A stretch of DNA of 64,000 bases from NCBI GenBank assembly GCA_963775895.1, contig CAVZKL010000017.1:32001-96000 (forward strand), written 5' to 3'. Position numbers and translations under genes: made by a program. The notes beneath the pieces were generated by a model. It made no database searches. It saw only the letters and a list, made by a program, of their open reading frames with translations, and was not told the origin of the DNA. Positions 10,228-20,339 of this stretch are shown here, in pieces (within the stretch, counting starts at the first letter, position 1; the number at the start of each line of letters is the position of its first letter). Origin of the DNA: Candidatus Bathyarchaeota archaeon (GTDB taxonomy: Archaea; Thermoproteota; Bathyarchaeia; Bathyarchaeales; Bathycorpusculaceae).

Positions 10228-11019
10228 TTAGGGCATCAGTCCAGTTCCAACGTCCACCCAGGTCTTCTCGCCAATCTTTTTGTACCCGATTTTCTCGTAA
10301 ACCCTTATGGCAGGGTAATTGTCTGATCTAACAAAAAGAGCAGCCGACTCAGCTTGTCTAAGAGCTTCTTGAGTAACCGCTGACGTGGCAAGAAGTGCGT
10401 AGCCTTTGTTCCTCTTTTCTGGTGCCGTATAGACTCCTCCTATCATCCACACTTGAGGAAGCTGAATGAAGGAGCCCGCGTATGAGACTAGTTGGTCATT
10501 GTCGAAAACGCCGTACAGTGGCATTTTCGTTATCCAGTTTTGATACCTGCGAAGATTTCGTCTTGGGCGATCCTTTCTGTCAAGGAGAAGGTTAGAGAGC
10601 AATTTGGCATCCGATCTTGTTTCAAGCTTTCTCACCTTTTGTGATCTAAACGTGTTAGCTTGGCTTCTCCTTACTAACATCCAGTTTTCAACGTAGCTCT
10701 TGGCATTCGGAAATCTCTCTAATACGGTCTGAACGTTCTTCGGCGGGGTATGCAGAATGAAGCCGTTCTCAGGTGCGTATTCCACGAGTTTTCTTGCAGT
10801 TTCTTCTTCACATTCTAAGATTACACTTGGAACATCTGTTGCCGTATACACTAGGACGTATCCGACAACCTCTTTGTTCTCTAAAGCAACGTGCATCGTG
10901 GTGCGGTCAAACTCGTGCTGAATGTCGTAGAAGGCAAAAACGTGCCTGATTATGTCTGATTTCAGATATTCAACGATGCGTTATACTTGCGCCTTCGTTA
11001 CCTTTCTTACAGTTATCAT
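10228..11019 (-). CDS. GNAT (FR47-like) acetyltransferase with an in-frame TAA at 10981-10983
   Basis: GGVYTAPEKRNKGYA and NYPAIRVYEKIGY motifs; the frame extends to ATG at 11019 through one stop. Confidence 0.8.
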
Positions 11020-11055
11020 CAATTCATCGGCCGAACGGTGGGTTAGGCTTGTCAG

Positions 11056-12186
11056 TTAACTCTTTGCTTTTTTGATTTCGGCGATCAAGTTGTCGATTTC
11101 TTCCTCGGTGTTGTAGAAATGGGGAGAAACCCTTATGCCGTTAGCTCTGGCTGACACGATTATGCCTTTTCTGTTCAATTTCTCAGTCAGCTTCTGTGGA
11201 GCCTTGATCTTGAAATTCACTATCCCTGAGCGGCATTGCTTGTCCTCTGGTGTCTGAAGTTCAAGTCCGAGAGACTTGATGCGATCTATTAGATGGTCTG
11301 TAAGCTTCATGATTCTGTGCTTCACGTTCTCGATTCCGTAGCTGAGGAGCATTTTCATGGCTTCCTCTGCGCCCACGAAGCTTATCGTCGCTGGGGAGCC
11401 TGTTTCGAAGCGGCTTGCAGTTTTCGAGAGTCTGAGGCTCCATATTTCCCAGAAGTTCTCGGTTGCAAAAACGTCTTGGTCTACGCTCGCCCATCCAACC
11501 ATTGGTGGTTCAAGTTTCTCGATGAGTTCGCCTTTCACGTAGAAATAGGCTGCGCCAGGCGGGCTTAAGAGCCACTTGTAACAAGCGGCTGACAAGAAAT
11601 CCACGTCGTCTCTGACAACGTCGATCGGCATAGTTCCCACGGACTGTATGGCATCTACTATTAGGTACGCTCCGTGCTCGTGGACTATTTCGCTTAGAAT
11701 CTTCAGGTTTTGCCGGAATCCGTTGAAATATGACACGTGACTTACTGTGACGGCGACTGTTTTGTCGTCGACGGCTTTTTCCATTTCGTCCAAAGACACT
11801 CTGCAGCCATCACTTTTGACGTAGTGAACTTTTACTCCGAGGTTCTTGCGGAGCCAAGGGTAAACGACAGAGGGATATTCCATGTCGGTTGTGACCACTT
11901 TTGATCCTTTGGGGCAATGAAGCATGTTTGTTGCTAAGCTCATTCCGGTTGAGGTGTTCTCAACCAGGGCTATCTCTTCGGGCCTGGCTCCGATGAGTTT
12001 GGCGAAGCAGGGTTTTCCGTTGCGGTCACACTCTAGGGAACTGGTTCCGAATTTTGAATACTCATTTACGTACTTACGAACCGCGTCGGCTACGGGTTTT
12101 GGAAGCGGAGATTGGGCGGCATGATTCAGGAAAGTCCTGTGCTTTGTGACGGGAAACTGTTCCCTGAGTTTCTTTATGTCTTCCAT
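11056..12186 (-). CDS. Class V PLP aminotransferase (cysteine desulfurase/isopenicillin N epimerase-like)
   Basis: FLNHAAQSP, VDAIQSVG, YKWLLSP (PLP lysine), FETGS and RVSPHFYN motifs. Confidence 0.88.
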   Translation of the reverse strand: MEDIKKLREQFPVTKHRTFLNHAAQSPLPKPVADAVRKYVNEYSKFGTSSLECDRNGKPCFAKLIGARPEEIALVENTSTGMSLATNMLHCPKGSKVVTTDMEYPSVVYPWLRKNLGVKVHYVKSDGCRVSLDEMEKAVDDKTVAVTVSHVSYFNGFRQNLKILSEIVHEHGAYLIVDAIQSVGTMPIDVVRDDVDFLSAACYKWLLSPPGAAYFYVKGELIEKLEPPMVGWASVDQDVFATENFWEIWSLRLSKTASRFETGSPATISFVGAEEAMKMLLSYGIENVKHRIMKLTDHLIDRIKSLGLELQTPEDKQCRSGIVNFKIKAPQKLTEKLNRKGIIVSARANGIRVSPHFYNTEEEIDNLIAEIKKAKS

Positions 12187-12266
12187 ACACGGTTCACCGG
12201 ATGTTTTCGATTTGAGTGTAGATTATTCATCGTTGGGCTATTAAAGTGTGGAGCCTGATGTCATTT

Positions 12267-13364
12267 CTAATTGACACCCGAGATCGCAAAGCCATCTAGG
12301 CACGTCCAATGTTTTCTCAATGTTCGTTTGAGCTCATCCACCGTGCTCTCGACAATCCTCCGACAATCAGGAGGCTCATGGGGTGCGGTTCCGGGGTCTT
12401 CCAAGTTGATCTGTTCGAGACCCACCGCTCCTGCCAAAAGCGCGTACCAACATAGGGGCAGGACTTCTGAGTTGTATCCGCTTCCGAGCAAGAAAACGAG
12501 CTTTCCGTCGCACACTCTTTCAGCTGTCTGTCTGATCACCTTTGATAATCTAAAGAAGCCGTTGGCTGTCAATGCCAATTGCCCGAGCGTGTCGGCGTAG
12601 TGCGAGTCGCTCCCGCCGTTGGCGATGATGATTTCTGGCGCGAACTCTTCGGCCAGCGGCACGAAAATCTCGTTCAGAGCATACAGGTAGGTTGAGTCTC
12701 CTGTGTGTGGCGGTAATGGAACGTTTACGTTGTAGCCTGTTCCCTTTCCTTCTCCGATCTGAGAGGCAAACCCTGTGCCAGGGTACAGCGTCTTGGGATC
12801 TTGGTGCAGACTGATGTACAGAACTGTTGGATCCCGATAGTAAATGTCGCTCGTGCCGTTTCCGAAATGAACGTCGTAATCGAGAATCAGAAATCGTTCA
12901 ATTTTGAATTTGGCTCTCAAGTACTCTGTAAGCACGGCGACATCGTTGAAGAGGCAGAACCCTCCGCCGTAATCTCTTCCTGCATGATGATAGCCTCCGC
13001 CAACGGAGACGGCTCTGCTTACGTCGTTGTTCATGACTGCTTTCCCGCATTCCATCGCGCTTCCGCAGATGTAGAGTGCGGCCTCGAGGATTTCAGGTGT
13101 GACCGGCGTTTCGATGTCGTAGGGTCTGTGCTGCTTTGCGAGGTTGTAAATCAAATTCACGTATTTCTCGTCGTGCACTCTGAGCAGATCGTTCTTGGAC
13201 GCGGGTTGTGGCTGAAGCAGCCTGATCTGCGGGTTGGACAGCAGTCCTTGTTGTTGAAAGTATTTCATTGCGTCTGAAAAACGGTCGCCTCTGAACGGAT
13301 GGCCTTTCCCAAGATCATAGCCTTTGAATTTTTCGTGGAAGCTTACGCCTGTTACGTCGATCAA
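12267..13364 (-). CDS. Histone deacetylase family protein (HDAC/AcuC)
   Basis: GGYHHA, GFCLFND, DYDVHFGNGT, SLHQ, YPGTG and NVPLP motifs. Confidence 0.92.
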   Translation of the reverse strand: MIDVTGVSFHEKFKGYDLGKGHPFRGDRFSDAMKYFQQQGLLSNPQIRLLQPQPASKNDLLRVHDEKYVNLIYNLAKQHRPYDIETPVTPEILEAALYICGSAMECGKAVMNNDVSRAVSVGGGYHHAGRDYGGGFCLFNDVAVLTEYLRAKFKIERFLILDYDVHFGNGTSDIYYRDPTVLYISLHQDPKTLYPGTGFASQIGEGKGTGYNVNVPLPPHTGDSTYLYALNEIFVPLAEEFAPEIIIANGGSDSHYADTLGQLALTANGFFRLSKVIRQTAERVCDGKLVFLLGSGYNSEVLPLCWYALLAGAVGLEQINLEDPGTAPHEPPDCRRIVESTVDELKRTLRKHWTCLDGFAISGVN

Positions 13365-13459
13365 TTTGCGGTTCGCCAGAATTCAGGAAGTGCAGGCGGA
13401 TATAAAATGGTGTCTCGTGACGAAGTGTGAAAGAAGAAAAAAGGTGAGTGGTGGAAGAG

Positions 13460-14054
13460 TTAGGTTTCTTGTTTCTCTTCAACCTTGTTTTCGGTTTCTG
13501 TTGGAGTGGCTTCTGCGACTGTTACGGCTTGGACCACTGTTTCTTCTGAACTTTTTTCCTCTGCAGTCTCGGTTTCGTTTAGGAATTTGACTTCTGGCTC
13601 ATTGCTTCTGATTTGTGTCAGGTTGTGGTTCACTGTTTTCGTCCATCGTGAAGTCGCCTACGGCAAGCTGGTCTGCTGCTTCTTTGACCTGGTTCAGTTC
13701 TTGTTTTGCGTTTTCAAGTCCGACGGAGAGAAGGTTGCTGTCTCTTTGGTACGTTTCATCGTCTATTTCTTCCGTGACGTGTCGAATCTCGAAGTTCGCG
13801 ACAAGGATCTCTAAGGTTTTGATCTGGCCTTCAAGTTCGAAGACTTTGGCGGCCATCTTTTCAAGAAGGGCTTTCTGCTGCTTCTCGATGTCTGCGATGC
13901 CGTCCTCTATTTCTTTCTTGAACATGTCGTGCGTGGACTGCGAGATTCTGCCGGTGTTCAGTAAATTGTCCAAGGCTTGTTTCTTTTTCCTCGCCACTTC
14001 GAATTCTTCGCTTAATCTTCTAAAAGAGTGTTTCCAAGAGATCAATTTGTACAC
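13460..14054 (-). CDS. CdvA-like coiled-coil protein with acidic tail (frameshift near 13600)
   Basis: KKKQALDNLLNTGRIS..LEILVANFEIRHVTEEIDDETY resembles the CdvA coiled-coil; an E/T-rich tail continues in another frame to TAA at 13460. Confidence 0.6.
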
Positions 14055-14282
14055 CGCGCATCTCTGTTCCTTAGAACTGGCAAATAACCTTTGTTAACAT
14101 GCAGATATATCTCAGAGTATTTGGTGGGGCTTCTTTTCGCATTTGGGGGAAAGATTGAGGGCCAAAAAAGTTGCGATTCATAGGACCAATCTTCTGCGTG
14201 GAAAGGATGATGCTCAAGAGTCTATAGAAACCCTAAAAAACACCTTCCAAGACTCTCTAGAAACGAAAGATCGGCGTATGAT

Positions 14283-14378
14283 GGGCCCGTAGCTCAGTAA
14301 GGATAGAGCACCGGACTTTTAGGCAACGAGGGTTGCGGAGAAATCCGGGGGTCCCGGGTTCAATTCCCGGCGGGCCCG
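14283..14378 (+). tRNA. tRNA-Lys(UUU) with a 21-nt intron at 37/38 (14322-14342)
   Basis: GGGCCCG acceptor stem, CCGGA-CTTTTA/A-TCCGG anticodon arm, GTTCAAT T-loop. Confidence 0.93.
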
Positions 14379-14444
14379 CTTCAAATCAGCTCGATTCTTA
14401 TGGTTTTTTGCTGGACGCAGATGCTGAAAACGCTCGAGATGAGA

Positions 14445-14522
14445 CATATTTGGATCCTAATATTCATGATACATTGAAACCGAGGAGGGGAGGGTACACA
14501 ATAAGCTTTTTTCAGCGAATAA
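14445..14522 (+). repeat. 78-bp inverted repeat, left copy
   Basis: Matches the reverse complement of 18681-18758 except for two 1-nt homopolymer indels. Confidence 0.92.
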
Positions 14523-14694
14523 GTCAACGAATTTCGTTAATGTCGCCTCATAATTCTGATGAGGAAAACTGATTTTCCGAATGTCCAAGATTCCAACCTC
14601 CCGAAACGGAATGGTCTAAGACTAATAAGAGTTGCCAGACCAAGCATCATCACAGGCGCACGTTGTCAAGATAACTCACGCGCACTTGTATTGT

Positions 14695-15129
14695 TCATGC
14701 TTTGTCAAGAATGTTTCCGTTCAACTCGACCGTTGCAACGTAGCTGATAACTTGACCAATCGTTGCGTTCATGTCCACCGATATTCCAAACGACTGATCT
14801 ACTTCTTGTCCACTGCGAAGATTGACTGGATAGTGGCTCTCCCTTCCGAGTTCGCTTCCGTTGCCAAGAACCTTCACGGTCAATGTCAAGTTACTCACGT
14901 CATTAATCCCTTGATTCGCGACTTTCAAATCGAAATCGTAGATCATCTCATCCGGAGTCTGCCCACCACCTGACTTGATAAACTTTGTTATCTTGACGAA
15001 ATTGGTTCTTGATTGCCAATAATAGATCGATGAATGCGATAGTTATGGATGGCGATGATGATGACAGCAACTGCTGTAAAGTCTTTTTTTGCTGCTTGTC
15101 GCCTTGCTGCTCTGCTTTTGCTCTTCCAT
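14695..15129 (-). CDS. Membrane-anchored beta-rich exported protein (frameshifted)
   Basis: ATG at 15129 followed by a hydrophobic anchor; Ig-like C-terminal part in ORF 14695..14946. Confidence 0.5.
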
Positions 15130-15411
15130 TGGACCACAGAATTCTATCAGTTCAGACGATGTATTATGGATTTTGGAAGAACGGATCGAGTCCATGAAGT
15201 GGCAGTCCAAACGAAATTGCGGCGCCTCTCAAAGGACCAGCAGGCGCCGAACGTAATGGCTTCAAGTGACGTGGTTTTCGTTGCCGATCAAGGCTTTGCT
15301 TGTTTAGTTTCGCTCTAGAAGATTTTTCCATAAGTATTTATCTATGCAGAAAACTGATAGACCTTAGGAGAGGGAGACAGACAAGTAGGCTTCAGGCAAG
15401 GAGGTGAGCGT

Positions 15412-15654
15412 GTGGAGTTTTCGATAAACGCTAAGCAGGCTGTGGCATTGATATGGACGATTATCGCAATCATAATCGCTCTGATAGTCGTGCTGGCAAT
15501 GGGCAACCCATCCTTTGGAACGGTCGAAGGTGTATTCGTTGAGCCTTGGCAATGGTTGATCGTGCTGTTCTTCGGTTTGGTTCTGATAATTACCGTTCCA
15601 GTCTACCTGGTAATAGTACTTTGGCACATCTCCTCCAGATGGGAGACTACGTAG
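15412..15654 (+). CDS. Small 2-TM membrane protein
   Basis: GGAGGTGA SD upstream; two hydrophobic helices. Confidence 0.65.
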   Translation: MEFSINAKQAVALIWTIIAIIIALIVVLAMGNPSFGTVEGVFVEPWQWLIVLFFGLVLIITVPVYLVIVLWHISSRWETT

Positions 15655-15892
15655 ATCACAGGTAGAACACCCAGTTTTCTTTCTCTGAGGAACAGTACTT
15701 ATCGTGTTTTCTGCCGAGGTGCGAGGGCTAGGCTGCACTCTAAACTCATCCTTGTCTGAAGCGAGCAGAGTCCTCAATCCCGTGGTTGCAAGTTTGTTTT
15801 GGTTCTTTCGGCAGCCGAGCAGATGTGTGATACGAGTCAATCCATCAGAAAGCCAAAAAATCGATTGAAGCTAAACCCGTTGATGAATCGTT

Positions 15893-17562
15893 CTAGATGT
15901 GTGGATGAGCTATGACCGTGTAGGTTGCTCTTGGTCGTCTTCTTCGGCGCGTTCTGCCCAGGGCCATTACGAGGAACAGCAGTATTACCCCTGCCAAGCC
16001 GCCTAAGATTATCACTATGTAAATGATCAACCAGTCCAACGTCGGGAAGAAAGGTGGGTACGGTGAAATCGTCACCGTTCCGTCGACAAAGGTGTTGTCC
16101 GACAAGTGAGTTTCGCCATCGACTTTGTCGGCCACTGCAGCTTATGACGTATTTCAATGGGAACACGCCGCTTGTGTTCCATGCGAACACCATCAGTCTC
16201 TCTGCGGACGGTGCTAAGTTTTGAACGAGTTTTCTGTCGATCAGAACTCGCCCATAATAAGCGTTCACGTAGAAGGTCTCATTGAACATTCCTTCGTTCT
16301 TCACGGTTACGTTGATGGTTACGATTTCTCCGCTTTTACAACTGTGGGCGATGGAACAACATGCGTAACCGCGACATCATGAGCGTTCTGCGGAGGTTTT
16401 CCGGATTTGACTTCAACCAATCCGTCCACGTAAGTGTTGTCAGCAGGTGTTGGATCTCCAGGTAATGGTGCGGAAGCGCTTATCTGGTAGAAGCCAGGGT
16501 TCACTGCGCTCGTGTTCCAATTGAACGCAAGCGTTTTCTGCGATGAAGGCGCAAGTTCGGTGACTTGGCGAGTTTCAATCAACGTTGCGTTGTCGTAGAC
16601 GCTCAGATCGAACATCACCGATTGGTTGCCATCGTTCAGCACCGTGACGCTTATGGTTACTGTCGTGCCGAGTGAGACTTGGCTGCTTGAAGGTACCACG
16701 TTCGTGATCGCGATGTCTCCTCCTGCAGAAACGTTGAACGTCGTGTAGATTGCAGGACTGTAGAGTCTGCCTCCCTGATCAGGCGCTGCCGTGAACGGTT
16801 CAGCAGAAGCGTTAGCCACGCCGCTCTCTGCTAGGATGGGTATTTCTGAATTTGCCTTCACGTTTGTTTTGCCCGGTTGGAACAGCATGTTGTCCATTTC
16901 AACGTGGATGATAGGATAGTCGGAGGAGTCTTTGGCGTCGACATTTATAGTCGCGTTCTTCGCTGTCCTCGCGATGTTTTCCACGGTCAGATTGAAGACT
17001 ATTGGTTCCTGCCTGAGCAAACACGGATTGCGGCTTGAGTCCTGAATTCAAAGTTGCAATTTGGACAATCCTGATTATCCAGCCAACTTGAAAAGGCATC
17101 GTATCAACGGAGACGTTGTCTGCGATTTTTACTGTGGCGAAGGCGACCCATTGGCCAAAGATTTCTGCTTCAGAGTGAGTTCTGTCCAGGCCATGGAATT
17201 CTGAAGGAGAAATCCGCGATCCCAGTGTCACTGGTGTTTGCTGACCCAACTATTGTCAGGTTCTCAGACTTGTTTCTTGGTCCATCCGCCTCGAAAGCGA
17301 CTAACATCTTGCTCAGCGGTCCTCCATTGTAAGTAACGAGCGCGTGAAAAACAGCCAGTTCTTGCGGTTCAAAAGCGTCACAGGAAACGTTCGCTCCCTT
17401 CCCGTCGAAGGGCGTTTTATCCGTGAAAAGATCGATGACTGCGCCCGCTTGAGTCTCGGCTGACACCAGTCGCGTAGTCGGGAAAAGTGAGAATACTAGA
17501 AAAGTCGCGAGAATCAGGCCTAGGAAAACTGTGTATTTCGCCTTCTCCGTTCTCCCCAGCAT
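15893..17562 (-). CDS. Cell-surface protein with CARDB (Ig-like) domains, signal peptide and C-terminal TM anchor; split into about 5 ORFs by indels
   Basis: DIAITNVVPS..ISVTVLNDG..FNWNTS..DNTYVDG and a second HDVAVTHV..FAWNTS..DNTFVDG repeat; TM followed by an RRRRR tail. Confidence 0.8.
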
Positions 17563-17869
17563 TGGTCTTTTCCTTCTTGAACCAGCGTCTTTACATATGT
17601 TCTTGATGTTTAGACGCTACCGTATGTTATCCAGAGGAGCTTCTCCCTACTCTCATTGAAGCCTTTGGATAGCGCCCTATTTAGACTGCTATGGAACACT
17701 ATTCTAGTACGCCTCAGTCGATGCATTGCCTTCACCTCTTTCTGTTATCATCTTGAGTACAAAAGGCGTACTTCAGATATGTAATATGTCGCAAGAGACA
17801 ATATGTTGCTTCCTTCCACCTGAAATAGTGGTACGTAAAACATAAATCAAGCACAAGAGCTTACAAGGA

Positions 17870-18094
17870 TTGGGAAAAGACTTGAGCTTTGAAGAAATCG
17901 AGGAATTTGCCAATTCTTTGAAAACCTGCCCAAAATGCGGCTCAAACGAAGGGTTTTGGCTCGCAGCAAACCGAGAAAAGAGCTATGCCCAATGCAAGCA
18001 CTGCGGGGCCATATTGGAGTTCTGCGAGGTCATTTCTTATTCGGACAAGCCCAAGCCTCCGCCGAAGAACGCATTTCGAAAGTTGAGATTCTGA
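17870..18094 (+). CDS. Small zinc-ribbon protein
   Basis: CPKCG...CKHCG. Confidence 0.7.
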   Translation: MGKDLSFEEIEEFANSLKTCPKCGSNEGFWLAANREKSYAQCKHCGAILEFCEVISYSDKPKPPPKNAFRKLRF

Positions 18095-18357
18095 TCTGCA
18101 GGATTTCAAAACTCGTGAATATCAGAAAATGTTTGCTGAAGAGTTAATTGACGATCATCAACTCGGTCTTAGAGTTGATGACCGCCTTCTCCTGTTCTCC
18201 TTCTCAGGTCAAGAACTAACAATTGTCGATCTGTATTAAAATGCTTACTGCCTCTCTGGGCATATGTCAGGTCCCAGCGTATGTTCTTTTCAAGCTCATT
18301 TCAGACTGCGCAATTATACTACTTAAGACATTGTGGTGTAGTTACTGTTGATCAAGA

Positions 18358-18477
18358 ATGTTTGAGGCTTTGATTTACGCGTCGACCCACACTCTGATTG
18401 CACTGTTCTGGACTTTCTTGATCCTGATTTTGGTAGGCGGCATTGTTGGAGCACGCTTTTGCAGAAGAGCAATCTGA
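18358..18477 (+). CDS. Possible 39-aa single-TM peptide
   Basis: MFEALIYASTHTLIALFWTFLILILVGGIVGARFCRRAI*. Confidence 0.3.
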   Translation: MFEALIYASTHTLIALFWTFLILILVGGIVGARFCRRAI

Positions 18478-18680
18478 AACTAAATACTTTGCAGGTCAAT
18501 TTTCTTCAAGCTTCTGTTCGGTAACAGGCTACGAGATGGCCAGGTTTTACAGTCGTCAGTTCGGGTTCGACTCTGCATCTGTCTTCCGTGTAGGGGCATC
18601 TCGGGTTGAAACGGCACCCCTTAGGGATGTCTATTGCGCGCGTGGTACGTCACAACGATGCGGGCGCTGAGGAGAGGTGT

Positions 18681-18758
18681 TTATTCGCTGAAAAAAGGCT
18701 TATTGTGTACCTCCCCTCCTCGGTTTCAATGTATCATGAATATTAGGATCCAAATATG
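18681..18758 (-). repeat. 78-bp inverted repeat, right copy
   Basis: Reverse complement of 14445-14522. Confidence 0.92.
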
Positions 18759-18831
18759 CACGTGACTTGTAATGCGGGCATGAATTGGGTTTTCTGTTTT
18801 TCTCTGGTGATCTGATTGGCGCTCGTGTGGG

Positions 18832-19140
18832 CTATTTTAGCATGGGCATCTTGATGCCTTTTTTTGGCTATTCTCTGTGCTTTTTGTAGCCTGCGTCTGC
18901 GTGGCGTACGATTCCTATTCCAGGGTCAGTCGTGAGGACGGTAACTATTCGTTTTTCCATTTTCTTGGTTCCGTCTGCTACGAGGCACATGCCGGCGTGA
19001 ATGCTGTAGCCGATGCCTACGCCTCCTCCGTGATGCACGCTGACCCACGTTGCACCGCTGACGGCGTTTATCAAGGCGTTCAGTATTGGCAGTCTGCGAT
19101 CGCGTCGCTTCCGTCCTTCATTCCTTCAGTTTCGCGTCTG
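18832..19140 (-). pseudogene. hutU: Urocanate hydratase C-terminal fragment
   Basis: [15 protein letters not shown](W)[47 protein letters not shown]; no room upstream for the rest of the gene. Confidence 0.88.
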
Positions 19141-19185
19141 AACGCTGTAATAAGAGAAAAAATGCGTTCCCATTTGAGGAACACA

Positions 19186-19456
19186 CTATTGAGTCTTTTG
19201 CGGTTGCTGTGTTTTCGGTTTGGGTTTCTGTGCCCTTGCTGCCAGACTATAGATTAGCCATATTATTACGCCGTAGATCACGCCGTTGAACACTGCTTTA
19301 ACAAGTGTCGCTACTGGAATTCCTAACACTTGGGTAATCCGTGCTTGGTACGTTGAGGGCGTCGTAGATCTGTTTGCCAGGTGGCAAGTCAGCGTACGCT
19401 AAAGTTGCCGCTAGGAACAGTATGAAAGCTATGATAAATACTAAAGCGCCTTTCAT
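19186..19456 (-). CDS. Small membrane protein (frameshifted)
   Basis: MKGALVFIIAFILFLAATLAYADLPPG.. continuing as LGIPVATLVKAVFNGVIYGVIIWLIYSL in another frame. Confidence 0.6.
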
Positions 19457-19632
19457 GTCGATCAGCCTTTGTTTATTCGTTATAGTGTTCTTTAAGAACT
19501 GATTTTCGGTTAAAAGCCTTGTTCTTCCTGCACGTGCTTTCAACAATCGCTTTCCATCTGAATCGAATTGCGGATGGAGAGTGACTAAAGCTAATATATT
19601 CGTTTTCAGTCTTCTGTTTTCTGATTTGGCAA

Positions 19633-19794
19633 CGGGCGGTAGCTCAGCCTGGCAGAGCTTCCGAGTCAGCTCAGAATCGATGTTTGGCTGACGGAGACGC
19701 TGTAGATGCCTACCCACGGTGGGTGTCGCCCAGCCTACCAGGCTAACACGCAGAAACCGGATTGTCGCAGGTTCAAATCCTGCCCGCCCGACCA
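19633..19794 (+). tRNA. tRNA-Tyr(GUA) with two introns: 30/31 (19664-19698) and 37/38 (19706-19755); CCA encoded
   Basis: C1:G72 and A73 Tyr identity elements; spliced anticodon arm TCCGG-CTGTAGA-CCGGA; intron 1 forms a BHB (CTTC/GGAG helix, bulges CG|A and AC|G). Confidence 0.9.
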
Positions 19795-19907
19795 AAGCTT
19801 TCGATCTCTTTGAATGGAGCTTATCACATAGGTTTGCTCTTTAGTAAAATCTGTCTGTCAGCTTATGCGATACAGTGATCTTGGCTGCTTGAAAACACGA
19901 AAAGATG

Positions 19908-20339
19908 CTACGCTTTCGATTTCGCGATCGTGACTGTGCCCTTGTCTGCGTCTACTTTGACGAAATCGCCGTTGTGGATTATCCTAAATGGATCTTTGTC
20001 CAGTTTGTCTACCAAAGGGATTTTCGCTATGAAAGCGCTCACTACGAGCACTGTTTCCACGTCTTTAACTATCATAGCCCTCGGAGCCAAACCGTGCTGT
20101 ATGAGCTTGAAGAGGCCGTCTATTTGGACGACCGAGCTTGCTTTTCCAGATGGGAATACCAAGACTTTGTTCGCGATGTTCTTGCCAGCAAGCTCATGGT
20201 TTTTTTCCCTCACAACTCCAGTCTTTGGGTCGGTGAGGTAGAAGCAGATGGGCTCGTGCGAAATGAGCGCCTCTCCTTCACCGTAGCCTCCTATGATTCT
20301 GTGACACTTCACCGTGGTTTCCATGTTGTTTATCTCCAC
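19908..20339 (-). CDS. Aconitase X small (swivel) subunit, DUF126
   Basis: GEGEALIS, DPKTG..HELAGKNIANKVLVFP and GDFVKVDADKG motifs. Confidence 0.88.
   Translation of the reverse strand: MEINNMETTVKCHRIIGGYGEGEALISHEPICFYLTDPKTGVVREKNHELAGKNIANKVLVFPSGKASSVVQIDGLFKLIQHGLAPRAMIVKDVETVLVVSAFIAKIPLVDKLDKDPFRIIHNGDFVKVDADKGTVTIAKSKA

Noticed and set aside
14452-14480. CRISPR-like repeat ending in ATTGAAAC
   Set aside because: Only two copies, inverted and 4 kb apart, with no spacers or cas genes
15893-17562. Phase-variable frameshifting of the CARDB gene
   Set aside because: Cannot be distinguished from the window-wide indel error rate
19298-19795. 165-aa minus-strand ORF; likewise 14333..14572 and 60851..61051
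   Set aside because: These overlap tRNA genes and are spurious, apart from the true small gene starting at 19456
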